From NCBI GenBank assembly GCA_017499595.2, contig CM038999.1, positions 2,976,001-3,040,000 on the forward strand: 64,000 nt of DNA, read 5' to 3'. The notes beneath the pieces were generated by a model. That model was not told where the DNA came from. It was given only the letters and a program-made list of their open reading frames with translations, and searched no databases. This document shows positions 13,787 to 26,479 of this stretch, piece by piece. The stretch comes from Psilocybe cubensis. Taxonomy: Eukaryota. The position numbers and the translations under genes are program-made. Within the stretch, counting starts at the first letter, position 1. Each line of letters starts with the position of its first letter.

Positions 13787-14002
13787 TTCTTGCTTCGTGG
13801 AATAATTCGCATCGTGGGCTTTATATGGAGCTTAGACACAAAGAAAGTACTTTGCACATGATGTAGAGCGGAGCCATGGCATTGTGTCCCGATTGTCAAG
13901 TTGACTCAGTTCAGATATGATGTCGTAATGTCACTGTCGAAAGTCGAGTCAACGCGTCTGTTCACGTGAAGTTCCACCTTCACCTTCACCCGCAATCAAC
14001 AC

Positions 14003-15277
14003 ATGTTCCCTCCATCCACAGCACAGGCTGGTGACGCTCCAATCCGTTCTACTGATAATGATGCTGCAGTTGCCCGACTCTCTGCAGTTCAGAAAGGATA
14101 TCTTAACGACCCCTATATCAAATATTTAGTTCCTCGTGCCCATTTGATATCTCCTCGTCCACCTCTTATCAACATTGGTACCTACGTCAGGAGCGCAGGG
14201 ATTGATGCCCTTGTAGATCAATGGATAGAGCTTTCAGCAAGGGGTGGTCTACGATGTCAAATCATCAGTCTCGGATCGGGCAGTGATACTAGGTTCTGGC
14301 GAATTGCGGCACGTTGAGTCCATGTCTGTACTCATAACCATCGAATTCATGCATCGTCCTTCGAGTAGGCGGGACAGATGAGAGACCATCTGAAAACATA
14401 TGTAGAAATTGATTTTCCTGAAATTACGACAAAGAAGGCAATGTCTATTCGCAAAAGTAAAGATCTTATGGTTGGTTTGGGCGATCCCCAGGCCGTGTCT
14501 TTGGGTACAAACGCGATGTAATCGTTTCTCTTTTTGTCGCCTAACTCCGGTCTTTCTAGGACAAGGCGGCACAGCCCTCCATTCAGAAAAATATCATCTT
14601 CTACCCGCGGACCTCCGATTGTCACCTTCAGATACTATTGAGCCAATGTTGTTCTCCGCAAACACGGAATATCCATCGACTTTGGATCCATCTTTGCCGA
14701 CTCTTCTTCTCTTTGAATGCGTTCTCGTTTATATGGAACCTCAAGCTTCCTCAAGGCTTCTCGAATATTTTATTAAGGTCTTTGAAAGAGCACAACGAGG
14801 CGTGTTAGGCTGCGTTATTTACGAAATGTTCGGTCTCAACGATGCATTCGGCCGTGTTATGATCAACAACTTAAAGGTGTTCCGTGACTTCCCATTTGTA
14901 AGGTGAATCTGATATCTTACAGGTTCTTAGGAACGTCATATTGCACTCCCTGGCGCCCTGCCTTACACGACTAAAGAAAGCCTTTCTAATCGGTTCCTCA
15001 GAGCGGGATTTATAGCCGCCGTAGCCGTTACACTCGATGAGATAAAAAAGGCCTACATTGCTAGGGAAGAGCTTGAAAGGTGATTTTAACTTATTCTGAT
15101 TTTGCACACCAAAGGTCTGACCAACTTCTGTGAAGAATATCTAAAGTAGAGTTTCTAGATGAAACCGAAGAGCTTGACCTCGTCTTGGCTCACTACGCTA
15201 TTTCATGGGGGTTGTTTTTAGGATCACGAGAACTCGGCTCACACTGGGGCCATTGGGGATTAACTAAGAAGTCTTAG
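14003..15277 (+). CDS. PPM1: Leucine carboxyl methyltransferase 1 (PP2A methyltransferase)
   Basis: IRSTDNDAAVARLSAVQKGYLNDP, PLINIGTYVR, QIISLGSGSDTR, EIDFPE, LFECVLVYM, DAFGRVMINNL, FLDETEELDLVLAHY; TAG 15275-15277. Confidence 0.93.
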
Positions 15278-15456
15278 CTAGCCTTAGCTCGAAAAATAAT
15301 TGAATGTAGGGAGCCGTTATTTATTTGTGGAAAAAGGTGTTTGAGTTTGTAGCCTGATTAAAGGATGACAGCGAGTATGTATGCTCCAGGCGTGTAAATG
15401 ATTAAAAATAGCGAGAAATCTACTCAATGCTAAACAAGCAATGATAAATGTGAAAT

Positions 15457-16889
15457 CTAAACAACCTGGAATGCTGAGCCACCGGCTTTTGCGTCCAATT
15501 CAATGACCTCGTTAAGGCCTGAGTAAATTGTCAGGTACATTTAAAAAGTGAAAAGTGATGGGGACTAACCCATGACCTCGAAAAAGGATTTTGGGTCCAT
15601 TCCCTGCGCGGATGTGAAATCTGTCCCCGTCTTCTTCAGTGACCTCATTGCAGCCCTCACGGCGTGCACCATAGCCACAGACGAAACTAATGAGAAGACT
15701 AGAGGGGGGATAATGAGCTACAACTTAATATGATTTGAATATAAGAAACGAACTAATGATTTTAGCACCCATAGTTTCGGCTTCTTGGCTCGTAAAAGAA
15801 GGTGTGAGGCCACCAGAAATAACGTTTACCAGCACAGGTTTTGGTGCAAGGGCGGCGACAGTAGATCGAAGTAATTCTTCTGTTTTAACGCCTTCGATGA
15901 AACACACGTCGGCACCAGCATCAGCTGCGAGTTTAAGACGCGTAATAGCCTCCTCCATGCCAAGGACCTGGGCAGAGTCCGTTCTACCAATGATAACCTA
16001 AACAGCCATTCAGTGATCTTTCTTTAACAATAATCAGAAATATCACGTACGAAGTCGGAGCCTCCAGGTATCGAATCACGAGCAATAACCGCCGCCCTGA
16101 TTCTAGTTAAGAATTCCTCACGAGAAACAACCTGTTTTCCCATCAAGTGACCGCATCGTTTGGTTTGGACTTGGTCCTCGATATGCATGGCGGCCACACC
16201 AGCCTTCACATACTGTCTCACAGTACGAGCTACATTTATGGGACCGCCGAATCTACAAGCATTTTACCAACCGCTCGCTTGAATAGTTATGAGATCCTCG
16301 ATGCTTACCCTGTATCTGCATCGGCAATAACAGGCACCGTTGGGTCCAAGCTGCATACCATTTGAGCAGCCTAGTATTCCACTTCAGCTCACTATGAAAG
16401 CAATGTGTTATTTAAAGATATACCTGAACGAAATCGTTCATAGTAGCAATGGCAAGGTCAGGTTGTCCGAGGCGAGAAGCGGTTGTGGCAGCGCCACTTG
16501 GAGAGTCGAAAGTTAGATTGATGTTAGATTTAAAAACTTATTAAACTGATTCACCTCTGATACATGCAGTTAAATCCGGCTTCGAGGGCGCATCGAGCAC
16601 TAATACCATCGCATATACCTGGGGCGACCTTGGTGTCAAGAATTAGACACTGAAGTAACAATTACTCTAAGATAATTGGTAAAAATTTACTCACTACAAT
16701 ACCAGGCCTAGCAAGCATCTGTCGGAGACGAGTGGCAGGGTTCAAAGACAGAGGCCCTTCCAGGAAGTTTTTTGGATCCAGTCGTGCATTGTAGTATACA
16801 CCAGGTGCTGTTTCCACAACGGTGTCTGTTGATGTGCTCTTGGTGGAGGCAACATCCTTGCTGTTGGAGAAGTAATCGAGGCCAGGCAT
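15457..16889 (-). CDS. oahA: Oxaloacetate acetylhydrolase-type ICL/PEP-mutase family enzyme, paralog 1
   Basis: [53 protein letters not shown]; spliced GAKIIIFSLVS carries Ser (15691-15693) at the OAH marker position. Confidence 0.85.
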
Positions 16890-17053
16890 AATCGATGTCT
16901 GTAAGGTGTGGTGCCGAAGGGTGAGTTTGAAGGATGAGTGCAGAACACCAGTGAAGTAAGATTGGAGGCAGTATGTTCTCAAGCTTTAATACTCAAATGG
17001 TGGCTCATACTAGGACTCAGCCTACTTTGGGACATCAAAGAAAGGAAACTGAG

Positions 17054-17105
17054 CACGAGGCCGGAACGGCGCTAAGTGAGTATCTGTGTACCAACAAGTC
17101 TTGGC
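17054..17105. promoter_or_regulatory. Candidate cis-elements upstream of OAH paralog 1 shared with paralog 3
   Basis: CACGAGGCCGGAACGG (17054-17069) and ACAAGTCTTGGC (17094-17105) recur upstream of paralog 3 at 36661-36676 (1 mismatch) and 36368-36379 (exact). Confidence 0.45.
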
Positions 17106-18649
17106 TCCGCCCTGGAATCCCAGGATGAGAAATTACACCACCTGAAAGGAATTGAAATCTAAAGAAGGGGAGGCGGGTCTGCTGAGCCAAGTAAATGGAA
17201 CAACCATTAGAAAGCGACTAAAAATGGACGTCCAGTTTCCTTTCGGGGGTCTAATATTCCAAAGCACTCACAAAATGGGGAAATGTCTGAGAAAGGGCAT
17301 GTGTTGCAACATCGCTTTCCTCGATACCATGATATCTCTATCACAATGCCGACTATTTTCCCTGCGGATTCGCGGAGGTAGAGGGGCGGAACGATGAGTA
17401 GGAGATCACTCAGGGCCAGCGGAACGGAAAGGCAAAAGTGGTCATTCCGAAATCTGACTTGATTTTCTTACATCGGTGATGCCATTATCTACGGCCGAAC
17501 CATCTGGGCCGATTGACGTAGTGGGATGTCTTTCAGGGATCTTTGAACCACGGAATTCGGGAACTCGGTGGTGAGCATCCCAAGATGTCTTCGTTTCACT
17601 GAAATATGAAGAGGAACTAGCCTCTGCGAATGTCAAGGCTGTGCATATGCGTCGCGTTATCGAGGGCTTCTACTTCGTTTACGACTACGTGACAGAATAT
17701 TTCAAGCGTTAGATGATACCTAATATTAGAGCTCTTTACCTGTATCACCGAGGTGGCCTTGTCAAAATAGCCTTGTCTGAAGAATGCGGAGTGTTCTTCC
17801 GTGGAAAAAGGCAGCGTGTGGTCAACTCCACCCCCAGAAAGGTGGAAAGCGCCTTTAAGATGCGGTGGCTTTGGTGAAAGCCAGACATGTATGTGTATTT
17901 CCGATAATTCACGTCGAGAAGATACTGTAATAAAACCAGAGATCTACACAACGAAAAGGGATTAGTCTAGGAAGAAAAGCTGCAACGTTTTAATATGAAA
18001 GGTGGAGTCAGAGAGAAGATTCGGTCTGCGAGCAGACGAGTCACTCTGAAGCGCGAGTTCATTGAGTGAACAGCCTTCAGTCAAGAAAGTACTGGATGCC
18101 CAGTGATACGAATATAACATCTTGATGGATTTAGATAATAATATAACATATAACAGTACTTACAGGTTTGTAGGTGAATCGACCAACTAGGAAGCAGACA
18201 CTGGGTAGCTGCTACATGTTGGATGCTTCGCGCTGACTGAGGCATGGCGCACCGGGAATGAAAATCCCTCATTTCGGAATTTAATTACACTCGAAAAGGC
18301 AGCTTTGCCGCAATTACCTGCCATAAAAACTTGTTTTTACTTTAGCGTACTAGATTGCAGTTAAATACCTGAAAAACATTTGCCCACAGCAGGTAATAGT
18401 AAATTTTGTGGGGAAAAACGATTGGCCTTATGCATGCATACACGCTTTCCCAACAAAATTGAAAGAGTAAAAGACGAATAGCATTTGCGGATGTATTCTG
18501 GACGGGTTGTGTACGAGATGAGTCGTTGTGTTGACAGTTTGTATCAGAGGGTGCGTCCAAGCTCAACGTTAGCTGCCATGACCTTCGGAAGAAAAAAGTG
18601 CTTACGTAGTCAAACGGCTACGTGATTTGATCTGGTTCGACAAACTTTA

Positions 18650-18895
18650 CTAGTATGACCCGTCGCTACGCACCGTGGGGTGAGCGAAGCGAACCCACGT
18701 TCTTGCTTCGCTGACGGGCCAACAGACTGCCAACAGCTCGCGGGGGATGCACCCCTCGTTTGGTTCGATATGCCAAGTTCAAATGAAATTGACCCGCCAA
18801 GCACTGGCACTGCACTGGCCTGCACTACTACAGGCTACTACAGGTCGCTTACGTTCAGTTGACCTGGAAATAAGCAAGAACACATATACTAAGGA
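18650..18895 (-). mobile_element. Probable short non-autonomous Helitron
   Basis: On the minus strand it begins A|TCCTTAGTATAT and ends with GC-rich hairpins (CGTGGG-TTCGCTTCGCTCAC-CCCACG; imperfect GTGCGTAGCGACGGG) followed by TCATA-CTAG|T; no TSD; GC-richer than its flanks. The 5' boundary is uncertain (18895 or 18898). Confidence 0.5.
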
Positions 18896-19057
18896 TGATG
18901 AATGTCAGACGAGTTGCTGAAGGTTCGATACTTCAAGTTAGATTTAGTATTTCAAAAGTATGTAACGTGATGGTCTAATGTGAATGAGATTAATTACAAT
19001 GAAATATGAGAGGAACACAACAGGAAGGCGTCGATAACCACAGCAAGCAATGACCAT

Positions 19058-21239
19058 TCACAACTTATTTTTGAAAGCAGCAAGGCTAAGAGGTTGGTCT
19101 ATGTGGAAAGATCTAATTAGAAAGCTAGAATATCGAAGAAGAAAACCCCACTTACATGTTGTGTTGTACAAGTTGTCAGTCGGGGTTAGACCAGCGTGCG
19201 AGCGTAAGGCACTGGCATCAACCATCTCTGGAACGATTTCGCTGATGGAACGGGCCCCCAGAAGCCGCATGTTCATTTCAAACTCGTCCTGCAATACGGA
19301 TATCAGAAGGATGAAAACTCCGTTGACATACGACGTACCCGCAAGATTTCAATAGCCCTCTCGACACCCTCTTGTCCATAACTAGAGAAAGCGTACAAGA
19401 AACCGCGACCCACGCCAACTGCGGAGGCACCCAGAGCAATCGCCTTAAGTACATCGCTAGCACGACGAACACCACCATCTACAAAGACAGCGAAGTTGGG
19501 GTTAGGCCAAGGCCCTTTGGTTTTCAGCGCAGCAACGATGTCAACCAAATTCTCAAGGCCGGAGCGCGACGTATCAAGCTGTCGACCACCGTGGTTACTG
19601 AGAACGATTCCTTGGCATCCTGCTTCGTATGCTAGAATAGCATCTTCTGGAGTGGCAACACCTTTGAGAATGATGTGCATATTGGTAATGCTCCTAAACC
19701 ATGGGATATCTTTCCAGGAGAGACTGGGATCAATGAATGACTGAAAGCAATAAATGTGTTAGCTAGAATAATGCGCAATCGAAGGAAGTATTTTACGCTG
19801 ATGGCTCGGGCAACACCTTGATCCTTCTTGACATCCTTCTGATTTTCTTGGACCTTTGCACCAGCTCCGTCGTCGACAAACTTCATGCGCATATCCTTTT
19901 CACGACGTCCAAGTTGGGGTGCATCGACAGTAATAAAAAGTGCCTTAACACCTCGTTTCTCTGCGTGCTGTACATATTTCTTGGTAATTTCTCTGTCACG
20001 GTTTACATACCTGTGACGGGAATGTCAATATCTGCTTTGAAGTGCCTACGATGACCAACTCACAACTGAAGGAAGAGGGGTTGACCTGGAGTAGCAGCGT
20101 CAACAATTTCGTCGAAGGAACAAGAAGCGAGGGTTGGAATCTTATAACAAATCAGACCACCGACTTGGTTCAAAGGAATAATTAAGTTGCCTACCATCTG
20201 GATAACTCCATGTTTTGCGGCCGCCCTGGTGAGATTCAATTCACCGTCGGGGTGGCCAAGTTTACCAAGGGCGGTAGCGGACTAAGGGATATAATGTCAG
20301 AGAACATGCGAAACGTCGAGTACAATAAACTCGGCGACTTACGATGTAGATAGGGAGGGAAGATTTACATCCAAGGATGGTCGTCGACCAATCGACTGAA
20401 GTGACATCGCGCAATATTCTTGGCCGGAACCAGACTCTGCGCTGACCTCAGTCATGCGAAATTGTATGGGAAAATGAATTTTCTCACCTTTGGAAGGCAG
20501 CTCGATTCTCGCGGATGGTGATTTCATCATCTGATGCAGAGGAATAGTATGCCCAAGCCTTCGGAGGAAGTACGGCTTTTGCAACTGCCTATTGAGATGG
20601 GGCGTGTTAGCGAGGTATATATAACCAAGATTTTCAATAGTTTTGCATAAAAAAGACAGAAAGGTAGAATATGCATTTACCTCGAAGTCGTGCAAATTTA
20701 GGATCTCATCGAGAGGAGGCCTAGCGTCCATCAACGCTTGCCGTCTTTTATCTTCTTCTGTGACTTCTTTTATGGCTTTAACAATTGTGCTGGGATCAAT
20801 GGCGCCGATGCTATACCACACCATTACTAATTTGGTATCAAATCTTTAGGCAATAAATGTGCACGTACTGTTTCTCAATGGGCAAATTATCCGTGATAGC
20901 ATTAGGAGGGTGGATGGGCTCATAAGCTTCACTGCGAGGGGATAAGCATATTTTGAGCCTCTACAACAAGAGTTATGCTTACGTTGCATCCTTGCCCGCA
21001 TACTTCAAGATGATTTTGCTCCCTCCTGGGTGCTCTGCAAAATAAGTGTAAGTTTCACGTCGTTTACTGTCAACGATTGTAGATACCGTCTAAGAAGTCT
21101 GTGACGTCGTAGACCTTGCCTTCCAAGAAGTTAGCATTGGCAGATGATAGTAGAGGTGAAGAAACTTACTATGGACAATGATCCAGCAACTGTCGCGGCT
21201 GGCATGTTCGGCAAGAGTTTCTCCGGAGATGAAGGACAT
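19058..21239 (-). CDS. Flavocytochrome b2-type FMN alpha-hydroxyacid dehydrogenase (cytochrome b5 + FMN domain), glyoxylate dehydrogenase-like, paralog a
   Basis: MSFISGETLAEHASRDSCWIIVH...VYDVTDFLD-EHPGG; AWAYYSS, IPTLASCS, FLQLYVN, ITVDAPQLGRREKD, LKGV, SNHGGRQLD, DGGVRRASD; ends -FKNKL*. Confidence 0.88.
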
Positions 21240-24200
21240 TTTCTAGCTGGTTAGAGGGAAGAGCTTGAGTTATCCATAGTTCGCCAGGTAGATATACATA
21301 TTCGGGATCCAGGGAGGCCGACTCTTTCATGAGAAGCGTCGGGAACGACCACGACTCCTTTTTCGTTTCCATATTCCGTGGATCCGAAACGACGGAAAAA
21401 GAGCGAGTTGTAAAATGTGAAAGTCGAAATCGGAGTTAGAGAGGTCAGTTCGCATGTACGTATTTGACCATAAAACCCCTGTTCCGTTCTGTTTCCTCCG
21501 TTTATAATGATATATTATAAGCCACACATGGCCGCACCATTTGTAGATTGTGGAAAGGTAAACTCAATGTGGCACATAGATCGTCAAGTTGTGTGCTTTT
21601 ATTAATAAATCTACAACTTGTAAATGCTACTTCCTGGTGAAAATAATGAGAAATATAACCTACTTACCGGATGTTCCGAAGACCTCTTAATCGCCGATGT
21701 AAAGGGCAAATGTTCGTCCCTCAACGATTGCTCGTCCAAAGTTGTCTTTGATAAAGTACTAACCAAGCCGGACACTGGCAGAATCTCTACTAAGCTCAAG
21801 AAAATTCTTGGATTTGTTAAGCATTCGTAAAGATGGTGAGACACCGAGTGCACAACAAGCCTATCACAAACACGTATTACGGTTGAATATTACGGTTGAA
21901 CCCCTCTACACTCGTGTGGTGCACCATAGAATGAGTGAATTGTAGAAATCTGGGGAAGCCCAGGCGGATCATGATAAGATTGGGCTCATCAGAAACCAGC
22001 ACCCTTACGTAATCAATGGGCTTGGCGCCAAGAGCGGCCAAAATCCAGCTCGAAAAAAAAATCAAAAGTTATGTTGACGGAAAATGGTTTCAGACAAAAA
22101 GTTTAAAAAAAAAAAATTCATAAATGTGCATATACAATCCTTACTACTAGCCTTTATGCCCACAATAATAGAATTACACCTCAGAGGTCAAATTGTAGTC
22201 TCTGGAAGTCCATAATGAGTCTGAGAGGTATTACTTAGGCGTGACTTATTGTCACGTGTGGTCACGTGTACCATTATATAAGCGGCCAAAAGAACATTGT
22301 CAAATTTTCGAAAATCTCCCAAACTCGAGAAAACACCATTTCTGACGTGTTAGACTAAAAAAAAAGGAAAAAAATTAAAATCTTTATAACTTCTTGAGAT
22401 CAAAATTTTTTTGAAAAAAAAAACCACAGATGTGTTCAAAGAAGCATAACCTACATATCTGTGGTTCAAAAATGTAGAATAGTGTGAGTGCAGAAGGGTT
22501 GAAAAGGTTCGGAGGTAAGCCAACTTTTGCTTACCTAAGGGGGTGCTGGTTCCTGATGAGCCCAATCTTAGATTGAGTAGAGGGATATGCTACAGTCTTG
22601 GCAATGGTCTGTCAATGTAAATGTAATTGGTCAGGGTGTGCCAAGCCGGTATCAAGCATACGTAAGCACACGTAAATGGCCTAAAATAGACATTCTTACT
22701 ACTTTTGGAGAACTCATGTCTGCATTTGGCGTGAGCGCAATGATTTCCGCCAGGCCAAGGCAGGTGTAGAGAAAGCCATATATCTGGGGTCGGAATTCAA
22801 TGCATTTTTATGATACTAATCTACACCCAATGGCTTCAGGCCGACTCTGGCATCACACAGTTAAGTTGTATATTCATACACTAATTCGAACTGCTATAAA
22901 ATATTTTGCTTACAGCTCTTTAAAATAACCAATAGGAATCTCAGTCAACTTAAGTTAGAAAAAAAAAACTCGGCAAGTTGGTAGACCCTTCCATGTGAGT
23001 GGAGCATCTCCATTTGTAAACCAGATCATTAAAGTGGAGGTTTCTGTTCCATTAAGTCGTCGTGCTCGGAGAGTCGAGTATCTGATTCCCACCGCATGTA
23101 AGTACATTGAATTTAGATACCTCATCGTTACTCTCATTGCGCTGCATTATATCGTAGTCCTATCTGTTACATTCACATAAATAATTTTTTGTTCTCGCCG
23201 AACTGAACTGCATGCTACTTACGAGACAGCTCGGTAAGAAGTTGTCTATCAGCTCCCGGTCATTAAAATTTTTAATTACATGCCCAATTGTCTCAACGGC
23301 TGTCCGACACGTTTGTTGACCGCCGACGATGTCGACATATATGTTGATATAATAATCGTTTATTCACTTCAAATAAATATATGTGTTGGGTGATACGAAG
23401 AGCCATCAATGTCACTGTCAAGTGTCATACCTTACTATAACCTTGTCTCGAACCGGAAGTTTCTCCACGCCTGCCGAATCAATACTGTAGTCCACAATTG
23501 CTAGTGTCTGACGGCAGAAGATTCTCTGACTTACCTCGGAATTAGGTATGGTTCAAGGTAGAAAAGTGGTATATGGAGGATTGAAGAAAGTGTGTGGTCA
23601 ACAACCTGATTAAGTTGCGACGCACTGATCGCATCTTCGATTGATTTCCACCTGTGTACACTTATGTATGAAAATAATGGTGGCATTTGTTTAGTTTACT
23701 ATTTGCCGAGTCGTGAACCGGAGACTCCGAAAATTCATTGTAAGGGTTGCGTACATACGAAGCCGGTCTCCGCAGCGCTATAAATAGAAACATCTGTGCG
23801 CAAGTCCACTTTAACTCCGCTCCTACTCGCGAAAAAAATTCAACGGAGTCGACGGAGCAGACGATTTTTCTATCAAATTAGATCTTCCCGAGACGTCGTT
23901 TAAACTTAAACTTTCCGAGACCTTTTAGGGTAACGCCACATATCTTGATACAGGATGAAAAAGTGGCTGGGCGCCTAAACAACGATTTGACAGCGATAGC
24001 ATTCGTTCCATGTTGGCAGAATAAAGAAGCAAAAAACATGAACTAAACTTAGCCTTATTCGCTTTGAAAGTACATATAGGGGAAAGTGCGCTGTGGAGTT
24101 CGCTTCGTTCGGTTATTTTTTTTTGCACATTTCATTACTTCTCTCAGCTCATTCGTCTAGAGCTAGTGGCTGGTTCTCATCGCCGTGCTTAACCCACGTA

Positions 24201-24498
24201 CCCGACTCACACATGCAGGTCTATCTGTTACTGGCGAAAGTGGAACATTAGGACATAAAGCTTCTGATCATCTTTTTCCCACTTCATTTACCAAAGGCGG
24301 TTGTTCGACTCGGGTTACCGTGTATCTTCTTGGCAGCTTTCAAGTAAATCTGGTTTAACTCCCTTGTAGGATCTCGGTGGAGTTACGCGGCAACATATAA
24401 TAGAAGTTTTGCCATTATCGTGACGGCTCCAGCTACAGACTATATCTTTGGACGAGCTTGGAAGGCTTGGAAAGCACACTTGCCATCCTCTCGCAAAT

Positions 24499-25987
24499 AT
24501 GTCAAGTATTTTTCGAGGTCTTTGGGCGTCGCTTCGCTTCATTTTGTCACCACTTACATGGCTGTTTTCTATCACTACTGCGGAAGAGGTTCGCCGGGCA
24601 ATCGAACCCCCGCCAAAGATCAATTCGGTCCAGAAAGTTGTTGATAGCAGCGAAAACAAAAAGTATTACAACCCGCGACTGGATCCGAAAAACTATCTAG
24701 CGGGCCCCTTATCACTGAACCCTGCCACACGTCTACGACAACTGTTGGCGAGGCCAGGAATAATAGTATGCCCCAGCCTGCTCGTTAATTCATTTGAGTT
24801 ACTTACATTTATAGGTTGCACCCGGTATTTGTGACGGCATTAGCGCTCGTTGCGCAATCGAAGCAGGATTCGAATGTCTCTACCAAAGGCGAGACAATTT
24901 CCATACATTGAACGAAGAAATAGTTCTAATGTCCTAAATTACAGTGGCGCGGCTACCACAGCGTCTAGGATGGGTCAACCTGATCTGGCTATTGCCACGC
25001 TGAACGATTTTGTGGAAGTAAGTGATCATTACACTATGATGATTATCTTGACTCACATTCTTCGTTATCTGTAAGGCGGGAGAGATGGTTTCCAGCATTA
25101 ATCCTACCATACCTGTGATTGCGGACGCCGACACTGGGTAAATGCATTCATTATATCCATTTAACGAGATAGTAATTTCTCTTGCCAGATTTGGAGGTCC
25201 TGCCAATGTCGCTCGGACGGTGAAGCAATACATTCAAGCTGGTATTGCTGGGTTACACATCGAAGATCAAGTACAAACAAAACGTTGTGGTCATCTCATG
25301 GGCAAACAAGTGGTTTCTAGGGAGGAATTCCTCACTCGAATCCGGGCTGCAGTCATTGCTCGCGACTCCATTCCAGGTGGCTCTGATTTCGTCAGTACAA
25401 CTTCGAGAGGAAATAAAATAAACCGCTGATTGTACCACCCACCCAGGTTATTATCGGAAGAACGGACTCTGCGCAAGTATTGGGTATGGAAGAGGCTATC
25501 ACACGTTTAAAGCTTGCCGCCGACGCTGGTGCCGACGTTTGTTTCATTGAAGGAGTCAAAACCGAAGAGCTGCTTCGTTCGACTGTTGCCGCTCTCGCTC
25601 CCAAGCCCGTCTTAGTGAACGTAATCTCCGGCGGACTTACGCCATCATTCACTTCTTCTGAAGCTGAGAGGATGGGAGCCAAAATTATCAGTATGTTAGC
25701 TCTACCAGCGCTTATCGACCTTGTCTCATGAATTCTCCAGTATTTTCACTGGTGTCATGTGTAGCGATGGTACACGGCGTGCGAGCAGCTATGAAATCGC
25801 TTAAAGTAACAGGGACGGACTTCAGTACTGCAAAAGGGATGGATCCCAAATCATTTTTCGAAGTCATGGGTATGTCATTGAGTGACTTCTTCTATTTCGT
25901 GTGGCGTTACTCACACCTGATTTAGGACTGGATGAGGTCGTAAGTTTGGATGCAAAGGCTGGAGGGACGGCCTTTAAATTGGTGTAG
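24499..25987 (+). CDS. oahA: Oxaloacetate acetylhydrolase-type enzyme, paralog 2, with amphipathic N-terminal extension
   Basis: MSSIFRGLWASLRFILSPLTWLFS...[45 protein letters not shown] marker Ser at 25746-25748; one GC-AG intron 24889-24944; TAG 25985-25987. Confidence 0.85.
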
Positions 25988-26479
25988 GATATGTAACATA
26001 TAATGAGATATGCATATATCATGTAGACGTTCACTCACATCGTATTTTTAGACCTCATTCTCATGTATAGATATAACCAAATCATACTCATAGCGCTCAA
26101 GATACCGGAATCCACAATTTGCTGCCATTCGTTAGGATTATTCCAGTGGCATCTAGCCTTTTCTATGAATGGTAGATGATGAGATTCTGTATTTGGGAAA
26201 CGCGGGGCCCCGACGCAGCCCTCAAAAAACGCGTCAAACCGGACTATGAATCAATCACGCTACCGTGGACCAACCTTGACGTCATCAGCTGTAACCGGTT
26301 GGCCGGCACAGAGAGCGGCTCTGCGGCCCGGCTTAATCATTATTCCGACTCAACAACTTGCTTTGCAATTGTTCTCACTACACCCAGCATCCCTTTGGAC
26401 CAACCCTACCAAACGTATACCTAAATCTTGACAATTTGCTCAACTTAAATAAAGGACTGTACTGAACACAAATCTGATA

